Assembly (NCBI GenBank): GCA_040954595.2
Contig: CM082578.2
Location: 3,516,831 to 3,580,830 of the forward strand
DNA length: 64,000 nt
From: Balanoglossus misakiensis
Taxonomy: Eukaryota; Animalia; Hemichordata
Direction: 5' to 3'
The notes beneath the pieces were generated by a model. That model saw only the letters and a program-made list of their open reading frames with translations. It had not been told where the DNA came from and searched no databases. The stretch's first letter is position 1; each line of letters begins with the position of its first letter. Below are positions 35,835 through 45,944 of this stretch, piece after piece. The position numbers and the translations under genes were made by a program.

Positions 35835-36359
35835 CTAGCGCCCCATGAAAGATTTCGCCATCTGTACTAAAAAAGTTGAATCAATCAAGGGCTCATCCAA
35901 ACCAAAACGTGTCCTAATAAAATTGTTAACCATGTGATCGTTCCAATCAGTATTTGGAGTAAACATGTCTTGAATCTGTCGAAGGCTTACGCCCCTACAT
36001 TTATGAAGTATGTAAAAAATAACAAAGTGACCACACACAGTTGACAACGGGCCTTGTAACGTCATCTCATTGAAGTGATAGGTGGTTGTTGAATTTTTCT
36101 TCAAAAAATCAGTAAATTTCCGACCGTAACTGGAAGGATCTCTCCCATACGAATCAAAAAATTCCCCTTCCCCATCATGATCAAAATATATCGCGAGCCA
36201 ATGTTCACCCGGTAGTGTTGATGGATCAGTGTTGACGACAAAAGCTGCGGGGAATCTCGAGACGATACGAGGCAACTCGTCTCTTGCAAAAACACCTTCG
36301 AAATATGAACCGGAAAATTTATCAGCTCTTAGTATACGTGTAATTTGTAACGAATTCAT
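35835..36359 (-). CDS. Adenain-like cysteine protease (virion maturation)
   Basis: Catalytic motifs GEHW (His), FFDSYG (Asp), LQ..STVCG (Gln/Cys). Start overlaps the MCP stop (ATGA). Confidence 0.95.
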   Translation of the reverse strand: MNSLQITRILRADKFSGSYFEGVFARDELPRIVSRFPAAFVVNTDPSTLPGEHWLAIYFDHDGEGEFFDSYGRDPSSYGRKFTDFLKKNSTTTYHFNEMTLQGPLSTVCGHFVIFYILHKCRGVSLRQIQDMFTPNTDWNDHMVNNFIRTRFGLDEPLIDSTFLVQMAKSFMGR

Positions 36360-37699
36360 CTCGAATAGTCAGTAATGACGTTTCTCGGTTTATCAATTTG
36401 TATTATGTTTTCAAACTCGGCGTACACTATTAAGCTAATTGTTTCCTGTAACGCGTTATCAAAGTGTACTTCGACACTCAATGTCCCATTGTCAACTATG
36501 TTGAAATGATCACCACCGCCTGATAAATCTGGCGTCAGGTTGAATGCAAACAAGCAACTCCCTCCTATAAAATCATCTCTGTCTATGCAATGACCTCTAT
36601 CATCCGTGAAAATGTCTGTCCCTGAAAATAATGTCTCATAAGCTCTGATATAATTTGCCCCACCCTGTGGGGAAAATTTAGGGGTCAATGGTTTCCCGGT
36701 GACCAACTGGCTGTTTTTAAATACCGCTAAATAATTTATACCATGTGTCTTAAAATTGAACGGGTTTTTCCGATATGAACCGTTGTATGCATCAGAATCA
36801 ACAAATCCTATAATAAGGCGTCTCGGTAGTGATCCTAGAAATATATTTTCCTTCGTGAAGGTCAAATGTCCTGGGGTTACAGCATACGATTTACATTCAA
36901 CCCTGGTGATAGGATATTTTGTTGGGGATATCTCCAGGGCCCTGGCATGACTCTCCAAGATGAATGGGGCAACCTTTACCCGTCGGATATGTAGACTGGC
37001 ATCCAAGATTTGAACTTTGTACCCTGTCTCGGGTTGGCTTGACATCAAGCAAAATTCATTTTTTCCTCTATAAAGTTTCAATTTCAAGTCAACACCATTC
37101 AACAGGAGCCGTTTCTGGAAAAATATATCGCTGTGAATAGGTCCAACTAAGTCGACTATCTTACTCCTACTGGTGAACGCGTGTCGTGTCTTCAGTCCAT
37201 CATTAACCTCATCTTCGGAAAGTGGATTCGCAGTGTCAAACGCACCCGCCGTGTCTTTGTAAAACAACGCTGAGGTAAGATGTGTCGATTTTGCCTCGCT
37301 GGAATAATTCAGAAGGGTTTCAATGTATGCACGATAGGCGTAGGTGTTATTAGACGAGGAGACAACTCGTCCACCGAGGGAGACTTCCAACTGAGAGAAT
37401 AGACTATGAAGCAGGAGGTTCGTTGGTCCCACTTCTGCAGCAGCAGGCAATTCAGTTCCGTCGGCGGCTGTAACTTTAGCCTTAATGAAAAGTCTTGTCA
37501 TAGGCAGATCGATGTATTCAGCCGCTGAACCAGTCACAACAAATTCGATCGGTGATCCTTCAGCGAGTGTGGAAATCGGGTTAAATTGAACCATTCGACT
37601 CTCCAGCAAACTCGTCTGTGTCGGTGGAACAGAGAATAAATCTAGTTCGCTCTTGGTGCATTCACATGACGATCGATCCACAAAGCTACTGCTGGCCAT
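36356..37699 (-). CDS. Major capsid protein (double jelly-roll, PY/hexon-like)
   Basis: 447 aa with the typical Polinton MCP N-terminus CTKSELDLFSVPPTQT, plus YAYRAYIETLLNY and NPFNF motifs. Confidence 0.92.
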   Translation of the reverse strand: MASSSFVDRSSCECTKSELDLFSVPPTQTSLLESRMVQFNPISTLAEGSPIEFVVTGSAAEYIDLPMTRLFIKAKVTAADGTELPAAAEVGPTNLLLHSLFSQLEVSLGGRVVSSSNNTYAYRAYIETLLNYSSEAKSTHLTSALFYKDTAGAFDTANPLSEDEVNDGLKTRHAFTSRSKIVDLVGPIHSDIFFQKRLLLNGVDLKLKLYRGKNEFCLMSSQPETGYKVQILDASLHIRRVKVAPFILESHARALEISPTKYPITRVECKSYAVTPGHLTFTKENIFLGSLPRRLIIGFVDSDAYNGSYRKNPFNFKTHGINYLAVFKNSQLVTGKPLTPKFSPQGGANYIRAYETLFSGTDIFTDDRGHCIDRDDFIGGSCLFAFNLTPDLSGGGDHFNIVDNGTLSVEVHFDNALQETISLIVYAEFENIIQIDKPRNVITDYSR

Positions 37700-37721
37700 C
37701 TTTCTTCTACAATACTATTTC

Positions 37722-38120
37722 TTAGGTGAAAATATCACGAGGAACTCTGCTAGAACTCTTCCTGCTGGATGCGGATGACGAACTAGTCCGCTTTGTCCGT
37801 TTACCACCGCTTATGTGCGTGCGTAAACTACCGACAGCCCGTTTACCCAGTGTTTTAGCACTCTCGCGAGAACGTGATTTCAATGACGTTTTCCAGTTCT
37901 GTCCCGAGGCAATGTCACCAATCACATTCACCCCTGTATGGAGAGCAGTCTTCCCAATTTCTCGGACACCCTGCTTCAGCATCGGTAAGACAAAGCGCGA
38001 CAGACCGCCCAACACTCCACCGAGACCCGATCCACGTTGATATGTGGTACCGCGATATACAGGGAAATTATTCCCTCTGGCCTGGTTAAGATAATAGCTG
38101 TGGTAGGAGTCGGGGATCAT
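37722..38120 (-). CDS. Small Polinton protein with an amphipathic helix after QRGSG (putative pVI-like membrane-lytic protein)
   Basis: 132 aa, YQRGSG/LGGVLGGLSRFVLPMLK followed by a basic C-terminus; located between mCP and MCP. Confidence 0.75.
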   Translation of the reverse strand: MIPDSYHSYYLNQARGNNFPVYRGTTYQRGSGLGGVLGGLSRFVLPMLKQGVREIGKTALHTGVNVIGDIASGQNWKTSLKSRSRESAKTLGKRAVGSLRTHISGGKRTKRTSSSSASSRKSSSRVPRDIFT

Positions 38121-38148
38121 GGTTCAAGAATGATGCAGATTTGTAAGT

Positions 38149-38928
38149 CTATAGCAAATAGGGTGGACGTCTCTGTCTGAAGTGAAGTTTTACGGTCACT
38201 CTCCCAGATTCAAATGGCACGGGTCTACCTTGACCGTCTCTTATGTCGATCTCCACCGTCTCAAAATGATTGCGACTGAGGGGTAAATAGTGGGGATTAT
38301 TGACTGTGTATGTCACAGCCTGTCTATGTATTCCTTCAACAGGAACATTGCATAGCAAAGGTGCGGAGATGTTCCCTACCAACTGATATTGTATCAGATC
38401 GGTGTAAACATAGAGTACGTGGAGTGCTGAGTCTACATCCGCCTGTCTCTCTGCAGTCCCTTTACCCACTTTCATCCCAGGACTCATACCAAGCATCTCG
38501 GCTACCTCAGTGTTAAGCTCGATGCAATATCCTTCATCAATCTCATACCCCACACGTCCTGTGCGACTGTTGTATTTTATTTTTACATGATTTACCAATG
38601 TTTCGGGTATCCTATTGATAAAGCATGCTATCAGGTCTTCTGCATCTCTATAATACCCTGCAGGGATACGTATGTTTTCATCCTTCCTGGTATTGTTACT
38701 CTCATTCACATGTTCATTATCTTCGATCTTCACACTTGTGCATTTAATCATATTCCCTCGATTTGAAACATTGTTCCAGGACCTAGGGTATATTATTTGA
38801 ACAAGCGCCACCTCCCACTCTCCACTTAACTCCATCCTGTGTGCAAGTTTCGTAACATAATGTGTCGCTGTATTACCAGGGTAGACATGATGACTTGAAT
38901 CACACGGTAGCAAGATGTAGAATTCCAT
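38149..38928 (-). CDS. Minor capsid protein (single jelly-roll, PX/penton-like)
   Basis: N-terminus FYILLPCDSS..YPGNT...WEVALVQIIYP.SW.N; C-terminal LYVYTDLI, YLPL and IRDGQG...V.LHF motifs. Confidence 0.88.
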   Translation of the reverse strand: MEFYILLPCDSSHHVYPGNTATHYVTKLAHRMELSGEWEVALVQIIYPRSWNNVSNRGNMIKCTSVKIEDNEHVNESNNTRKDENIRIPAGYYRDAEDLIACFINRIPETLVNHVKIKYNSRTGRVGYEIDEGYCIELNTEVAEMLGMSPGMKVGKGTAERQADVDSALHVLYVYTDLIQYQLVGNISAPLLCNVPVEGIHRQAVTYTVNNPHYLPLSRNHFETVEIDIRDGQGRPVPFESGRVTVKLHFRQRRPPYLL

Positions 38929-38939
38929 AACTGTATGTT

Positions 38940-40037
38940 TTAAACACTCTTTATGTTGTTGATATCCTGAACCCAGGAGTCAAACTGACGTGGATAGCCC
39001 AGCCATCTAACTAAATATTCGGTCGATCCTCTTCTACGTCGTTTACGTAGAACTTTCTCGATCCGATACAGATCATCCGTTTTGACCACTTTTGTCAGCT
39101 CCGACTCGTAAAAAGTTCCTGTGATAACCTCGTTGTTGTAATCAGCTAGCCTGTACACAGGATAGCGACGCGCGACACGTTTTACCACGGTGAATATTTC
39201 CTCTGAAAAATTCGTTTTGTATCCTTTGGCAAACACACCTCTGTTTGTTGATATCCTAACCTTATCACCAACTTTGAATTTGAACTTGAATGGTTGTGAG
39301 AGGGATCGCTTGATGTCACCTCCATGAAGTCTTCGCCAAATGAGTAACTGGTTTTCACTGGTCACGTCCACAGGCTTTTCTTGTGTTGTGGTGTGACGAG
39401 TATTATTGTATGATTCAATAAAATGTTTGAGTTGATCGAGATATTTATAATCTCCTTTCAACGTGAAATACCGATACATTCGTCCTTTCAGAGTACGATG
39501 GAACCGCTCAACTATAGCACACTTGGTATTCTCATTCTGAGCTGTGTAATGCTCAATCCCTCGCTGTTTAAGAAATTCCTGAAATTTTCTACTGGTGAAT
39601 TCACCACCTTTATCAGTATGAATTTTTTCGGGTGTTCTTCCTGATCGCCGGAAAATCTTCTTAACGCCATCAATAATAGTTTGAGGGAATTTATTTTTTA
39701 CCGGCTCAGCGAATGCATATCTGGATAACACATCGATACATGTTAATAGGTATTTCACACCTCTATTGTATCTGGACAGAGAAGATACATCGGTGAGGTC
39801 CATCTGCCATATCTCATCAACTCGGAAGGCAATCGTTTTATTCCGCAGAAATTTCTTCCTCGCAGTTTTATGGAGAGTATAGCTATCCTGGGTTGTTAGC
39901 CATTTTCTGATCTTCCCCTTGGAGACTTTATACAGGCCTTCATCTTTTACCGCCTTGTGTAATTCGTCTACGCCAGCAAATGCAGAGACATTTTGGGGTT
40001 CGCTGTACTTTTGACTTAGGTATCTGTCTAGCTCCAT
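38940..40037 (-). CDS. Retroviral-like DDE integrase with C-terminal chromodomain
   Basis: WQMDL, IHTDKGGEF and VERFHRTLK form the DDE triad; chromodomain YRIEKVL...YLVRWLGY...DSW. ATG at 40037; frame open to 40091. Confidence 0.96.
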   Translation of the reverse strand: MELDRYLSQKYSEPQNVSAFAGVDELHKAVKDEGLYKVSKGKIRKWLTTQDSYTLHKTARKKFLRNKTIAFRVDEIWQMDLTDVSSLSRYNRGVKYLLTCIDVLSRYAFAEPVKNKFPQTIIDGVKKIFRRSGRTPEKIHTDKGGEFTSRKFQEFLKQRGIEHYTAQNENTKCAIVERFHRTLKGRMYRYFTLKGDYKYLDQLKHFIESYNNTRHTTTQEKPVDVTSENQLLIWRRLHGGDIKRSLSQPFKFKFKVGDKVRISTNRGVFAKGYKTNFSEEIFTVVKRVARRYPVYRLADYNNEVITGTFYESELTKVVKTDDLYRIEKVLRKRRRRGSTEYLVRWLGYPRQFDSWVQDINNIKSV

Positions 40038-40526
40038 CCGTGAATGTTGAGTTTTTAACCACAATACGACTACCAAAACACGCACACACACATTTCACAC
40101 GATTGAATAGGCGTGAAAATCGCAGGGGTAACCATCCACAGCACGACATGTTCCTACAATGACATCCGTCTCTAGACAGGGGTTATCATAGACTGATCAG
40201 TATCGATGTAAATCATTTAGATTTATCTTCGTTAAAAAATTTAACAATAAATATGATTATCAAAGTGGGGAGGGAGGGCTTTTGATAGAAGCACACGCAC
40301 ACAAACAATCACTCATAAAACAACAAAGTGTTTTCTGTTTCACATAATTAATCGTAAATTTTAATAGCACCATCAGCTAGAAATAATAGTATATATTTCG
40401 AAAGTAAGAAAAAAAACACGCAATAACACATCAAAACAGATTTTCAAGTAAAAAAAAAAAAGAAAAGAAAAAGAAACACGGTGTGATATCAGTTTTCTGT
40501 CCATGGTTAAAAGTTATTTTGTTCAC

Positions 40527-41060
40527 TCATTCATTACTATAGTTCGTTGACATCGGTGGACATAGAGGCTCTGCAAGACCTTCGTAATCACTTTTCGTCA
40601 TAGGCGTCTCCCACGAAGTCATCCCTGCCAATTCCCGCGGCGGGTAGTTGATCCTCGATGACAACGGTGTGCTGGTCTCTCTATCATAGGGTTTCCTACC
40701 CCGTCTCTCCGTAGCATGTACTACAGCAGTCGTCATTCTAGGGATGTGTCTATGATGTCTCTTCTGTAGAGCTGGAGGTTCCTGTCTCGATGGCGTAGAA
40801 TTCTGCAGAACATCAATTACATCGCCAACCGCGTCATCTATGTTAGCAATATGTGACTTGAGAATCTCCCATTCGCCAACGTCCAAGGCAAGACCCTTAC
40901 GTGTCGGTAGATTTTTCTCATCATACTGACGGATATGAACTTTCACGCTGCCCTTCCACGTTGAAATTGACACGTATTTCCCTCGTTGGTTGAGCGCAAA
41001 ACGTTTTTCATAGTTACCGGCCTCTGATGATATCTGCCCGTCGGATGTTTTGCGAGACAT
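40527..41060 (-). CDS. PC4/Sub1-like ssDNA-binding domain protein
   Basis: KYVSISTWKGSVKVHIRQY...PTRKGLALDVGEWEIL matches the PC4 fold signature. Likely ATG at 41060; frame extends into the TIR. Confidence 0.85.
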   Translation of the reverse strand: MSRKTSDGQISSEAGNYEKRFALNQRGKYVSISTWKGSVKVHIRQYDEKNLPTRKGLALDVGEWEILKSHIANIDDAVGDVIDVLQNSTPSRQEPPALQKRHHRHIPRMTTAVVHATERRGRKPYDRETSTPLSSRINYPPRELAGMTSWETPMTKSDYEGLAEPLCPPMSTNYSNE

Positions 41061-41190
41061 CGTAACGCTGATGACGATGAATAAGCCTGGTAATGTTATG
41101 AAGACGGTGGCTTTACCGGAATGCTGGAGAGTCAGTCTGACCAGCTTTTTATGCCCCACTCTGAAACGCCTACCCATCATCACATGTATG

Positions 41191-41891
41191 AGAATGACCC
41201 CCTTATCGGTACTCAAGTAGCCACCGACCACGTGGGGGTTAATTAAATAGAAACATCGCCGAATTCAATAACTTTCTATACTTTTAATTTACGTCTCCAT
41301 GAAAATATTTCATATCATTACCATATTAAGTATGACCCCCCTCTCTGAAACGCCTCCCTATCAACACCTATGAGAATGACCCCCTTATCGGTACCCCAGT
41401 AACCACCGACCACGTGGGGGTTAATTAAATAGAAGTCTTGCCGAATTCAATAACTTTCTATACTTTTAATTAACATCCCCATGAAAATATTTCATATCAT
41501 TACCATACTTATTAAACACCTACTCCATAAAAATACCTGCATCTCATTAATAATATGAATATTAACGAGTACCCAAATAGCCACCTCATCATTAGCATAT
41601 CTGCATCTTATGAATACATGAATATATGATATGAATACATGAATATATGAATATTTGAATATATAACGAGTCCCCAAGTAGCCACCTCATTAACATATCT
41701 GCATCTCATGAATACATGAATATATGATATGAATATATGAATATATGAATATTTGAATATATAATGAGTCCCCAAGTAGCCACCTCATTAACATATATGC
41801 ATCTCATGAATACATGAATATATAATATGAATACATGAATATATGAATATATGAATATGTAATGAGTCCCCAAGTAGCCACGTATACTACT
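41191..41891 (-). repeat. Polinton right terminal inverted repeat (~701 bp)
   Basis: Near-identical reverse complement of the left TIR; only a few mismatches seen by eye. Confidence 0.95.
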
Positions 41892-41897
41892 GACCCC

Positions 41898-42649
41898 ATC
41901 GGATATGGTGGCGGTGGGGTTAAATACCTTGGGAAGTTCTCTGGTGGATATTGCGGAGACATTCCAACCGGATTCCATGGGTAACCGCTTTGCTCTGTCG
42001 TGTGGAAATCATCCCTGTCTCTGGGTCCCCTCCCTCCTCCTTCATTTGGGTCTGACCCTTCATGGCCATTTTGTGAGAAACGGACCTTACGTCGCAAAGC
42101 ACTTCTGGATTTGGGCCCGGGACACCCCTCCCCATCGCTGGCTCTACCTGACCCCCTGCAGTACTCACTTGCTGTGGGAGGGTAACCCCCACTATCCAAT
42201 TCTCGATGTTGGCCCATTTTCTCCCCTCCCCTGGGAAATGGGGTTGTCTTGGGCCCTGTACTATTCCCCCTCCCATACTCCAGTGATGACTGATCACTTT
42301 TGCTAGCCAGCTCTGAAACTGGGATTTCCGGTGGCCCCTGGAATTTCCCCGTTTTGCGTGTATTTCTGCAGGCCGGTGTTTGCCGGTCCTCATCACTACT
42401 GCTACTGTAGATATTTGAGTTGGTCGGAACTGGGGGAAGTTCAGCTTCCCTTATTTCATAAGACACCATTTCGTGAAATTCAGGTGTGAGCCTGAGACGG
42501 GGGATTTCCCCTAATGTTTCTTTTTAGACCCTCCCGTATCTATTTCTGGCTCTCAAGATTGCCTTTGCCACTTTTTTACCTACCCCTGGCAAGGTCTTAA
42601 GGGTCATGAGGTCACATGTGTTGATATAAACTGGACCCCTGGAGGCCAT
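41898..42649 (-). pseudogene. gag: Gag N-terminal part with a ComEA-like helix-hairpin-helix domain; in-frame TAA at 42524-42526
   Basis: Manual translation MASRGPVYINTCDLMTLKTLPGVGKKVAKAILRARNRYGRV*KETLGEIP... is in frame with ORF 41804-42469 and continues across the Polinton TSD. Confidence 0.8.
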
Positions 42650-43208
42650 GATGATGTGATCTATTGGCCCTTTAAACACACTAATTATTAACTACACACT
42701 CCCTCACACTCGAGACAACACGTAGGGTTTACACGAGTGAACCCTTTAAAGAATAATCTCAATCACACAAAAGCTCACTCCCACACAAAAGAAACTTCTA
42801 TGTGTACAGAGAAAAGTTCTCTGCGCATGCGCCGACCGCTACCCCAAACACGTTTTGGGAATGAAGACCCTCTAACAATGGAAAAAAGGCCCTACGTGCC
42901 AAGCTCGCGGCCGAATTTCCGCCCACGCGGTAGTGGGGAAAAACACAGAAAATTGACTCAAACTACCTCCGAAACCCTGGTACCTACCCAGTACCGTCCC
43001 TAAACTTCGTTAAACAATCCCCGCGGTCCCCAAGAGTTTGCCCAGTGTCTTCTGGCCCCGGCAATCCACGATATCCCGTTTTTCCTATGCCCAGAAAAAC
43101 CCCACGTCGCACCCGGACGCAATCGCTGAATTCCGACCACACAGAAACACCACTCTCCCTCCCCCGCGTATCAAAAAAAGCAGTTCCCCGCACTAGGCTC
43201 GAACACAG

Positions 43209-43221
43209 GCTCGCAGCGCCA
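43209..43221 (-). promoter_or_regulatory. Primer binding site (tRNA-Ser-like, TGGCGCTGCGAGC)
   Basis: Starts 1 nt inside the 5' LTR end; resembles the complement of tRNA-Ser 3' ends. Confidence 0.7.
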
Positions 43222-43222
43222 A

Positions 43223-43406
43223 TGTTGTGATTGCCGATGTCTCACCTTAGTGGGTAAAGGATACTAATCAAAGGTTTCTAAGGGTCTCTTGGAGGTCGGT
43301 AAAAGGCGTGCTGCTTGGTCTCTGCTCTAAGGTGGAAGAGGTAGAATAAACTATTTCCGCCCAAGGGGTGGGTAGGGTCAGTGACGTCATGAGCAGATCC
43401 ACAACA
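43223..43406 (-). repeat. 5' LTR of the Gypsy element
   Basis: 184 bp; 2 substitutions seen relative to the 24220-24403 copy; adjacent to the PBS. Confidence 0.95.
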
Positions 43407-44037
43407 TAAGCATATATCTTTACCAACATTTCCCACAGCAGAAGTAAAGCTGCAATTCTAGAAAGACAATTTGTCATTTTCCACCGCCTCTCACGTCATC
43501 TGCATTAACATTTGCATTATTCAGATTCTAACGGGTAAAAATTCTTACTCGCTCAGGCGTTTATGTGTTCTAGGCATCACTATACAATTCCGTAAGTCAT
43601 GAAAAAACACTTATTAGGAACACCGTGTCTTTGCAGTGCAAATTCTTAGCTAATTTCATTTTTCCGGGAGAACCGACCTTCGCGTGCACGCAGCGCTCGC
43701 GTTCAGAAGAGCGACTTCCAAAAAACCTATCAGGACGATGCTTGATTGAATGTGTTCACTTCATTGAAAACCTCATTCCAGCGAGAGAACATTGATCTAA
43801 AGGCACATGAGCGGCAACTGGATAAAAATAGCGTCCAGGACACATGTTGCTCTCTCAGTGTGTAGTCGATGATGAGCAGCATGTTTGGAGAACAGTGGTT
43901 TGGTATATGGGTGAAAGGAACAATTTGCAAACACCAAGGTGAAATGCTGAACTGTTTTGCTCATGTAATATTCAATGCAGCCTAATAAGGTGCACGTATT
44001 ATCAGTTACTCTTTCGTTTTCAATTATGATTTATTTA

Positions 44038-44180
44038 AGCAATAAAACACCCCCAGCCATGGTATACCACGAGATTTTGACCAGTTCACGACATATACGC
44101 ACGAGCGATAGCGAGTGCGTATATGAAGTTGAACTGGTCAAAATCGAGTGGTATACCATGGCTGGGGGTGTTTTATTGCT
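44038..44180. repeat. Near-perfect ~143-bp palindrome with ACGAGCGATAGCGAGT core (hairpin MITE-like)
   Basis: Arms AGCAATAAAACACCCCCAGCCATGGTATACCAC... and ...GTGGTATACCATGGCTGGGGGTGTTTTATTGCT. Confidence 0.85.
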
Positions 44181-44559
44181 ATTATATTATGCCAGTATAT
44201 TGAAACTTGGCATAAAACATTTTAAAAAGGCATTTTCTTTGACTATGATATATGACTGTGGTATATGGCTAATATATCACGGTCACGTGTCGTGTCTCGA
44301 CCAATCAAATAGCGTGATTTACACCATCAATATACTGGTATAATGTAATTTGAAATTTACAATTTAATTGTGATTTTCAATCGGATTTAAAAAAACGAAA
44401 ACGATTTTAAAAACGATTTGATTTTTTCAACCTTTGAACCCTGAACTCTGAACTTGCTGGTTGTCACGTGATACCAATAGACCAATGAAAAAAGTCTTCA
44501 GTCTTGTTTGATCACGTCCACTGCACTGTCACACCATAGACGGGAATCCATATTCCTTG

Positions 44560-45737
44560 CATGGCAGTACTTGTCTCCGCGTTTTCTGCAGTTGAGTTGT
44601 AAACACAAAAAACTCGGCACATTCATGGACGCACTACGCCTCGTCCGATCGTAGCAAAGTTCAACTTCTATAAAGATAGAGAAGCGGTGAGAAAGTCGGC
44701 ACGGAATTTGCGGGGAACACACTTTGGGATTCATATCAGAAGATTTTTTCAGACGAGATCCGGCAAGTGCGGAAAAGACTCTACCCAGTCATGAAAGCAG
44801 CGAAAAGGGACAACAAACGAGTGAGGATGGTTGTTGACATACTGTATATTGATAACAGACTATATTCTGGTCCAGAGGCAAGGAGAAGCTACGTGACGAC
44901 GATGGAAAGAAGAGAAGTCTAAAACATAACCAAAAGAACGGTACAGTTTAACATTCTATGACAGTCAAATACATTTCTTTAAATACACATGGAATCAGAG
45001 GCTTTCTCAAACTGAAGAAAGTTTTTAATTGGTTAAAAAAGCAAAAGTCACAGGTTTACTTCCTACAAGAAACTTACAGCAAACAATCGGATGAATTATT
45101 ATGGCAGCAACAGTGGGGAGAGGGGAGTATTTTCTTTTCTCGTGGTTCAGTACACAGCAAGGGCACGGCAATTTTGTTTTCAAAGAGTATTGAATTTTGT
45201 GTAAGAAACAAAATCTGTGACGATGACGGTCGTTACATTATATTGGATGTTATGCTTGAAGGTGACAATTACTTGTTATGCACCTGCCACAAATATTCAC
45301 TGTCAAGCTGAATTATTTCGGGAAGTGATTATTTTGTTAAACAAATGTAATACATAGCCGATGGCAAATATTGTTATTGGTGGAGATTTCAACTGCAGCT
45401 ATCGGTCGATGTTGTGGCAGGAGCTGGGCTGAGTATGTCACTGAGAAACATTCTGTAATTTCACAAATTGAGCAGCTCATCACTGTTCTTGATCTTCAAG
45501 ATATTGTTCGCGCCAAATATGGTGATAAGGCCAGGTTCACCTTTAGACAAAAGAATCCTTTCATGCAGTCACGTATTGATTTTTGGTTAATTTCGCACCA
45601 CCTCCATGATGATGTGAAAGCAGCGAATATTACTCAAAGTGTCTGTTCTGACCATTCAGTGATTGTCTTGCATTTGGAAAGGGATGACTTTGACCAAAGG
45701 AGAGGTCCTGGCCATTGGATTTTTAACAATGATCTAT
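44560..45737 (+). mobile_element. L1/Tx1-clade LINE: ORF1 end and ORF2 endonuclease (decayed), 5' segment
   Basis: SLNTHGIR, FLQETY, GRYIIL, GGDFN, SRIDFWL, SDH and GHWIFNNDL motifs. Confidence 0.85.
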
Positions 45738-45944
45738 CCAGAAGACAGCTGGTATATTGAAGCAACGCCCAATCAAAACTATCCGTACACCTCACCACCT
45801 GTTCAATCATAATAGACTTGCCAACTGTCAGCTTGACAGGAGAATTGACAACTTCATGCCGACTTCTGGTGTCAACTATAGTAATCTGGTGATTCCTAAA
45901 AGCAAGATCTGTCTCTTGATAGTCATAAAGAAGTTATTCTTACA

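Larger units (their letters stand above)
27075..41891. mobile_element. Polinton/Maverick (adintovirus-like endogenous virus), apparently complete
   Basis: Ends 5'-AGTAGT (27075) and ACTACT-3' (41891). 6-bp TSD GACCCC at 27069-27074 and 41892-41897. ~700-bp TIRs. Full canonical gene set: pPolB, ATPase, protease, MCP, mCP, integrase. Confidence 0.98.
24220..43406 (-). mobile_element. Gypsy-type LTR retrotransposon, internally deleted (gag-protease-TatD, no RT/RH/IN), interrupted by the Polinton
   Basis: Two 184-bp LTRs TGTTGTG...CACAACA; TSD TAAG (24216-24219, 43407-43410); PBS and PPT; Gag CCHC knuckle; aspartic protease. About 4.36 kb without the Polinton. Confidence 0.93.

Noticed and set aside
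27075-41891. Contaminating free virus or bacteriophage contig
   Set aside because: The TSD and restoration of the interrupted gag frame show genuine integration.
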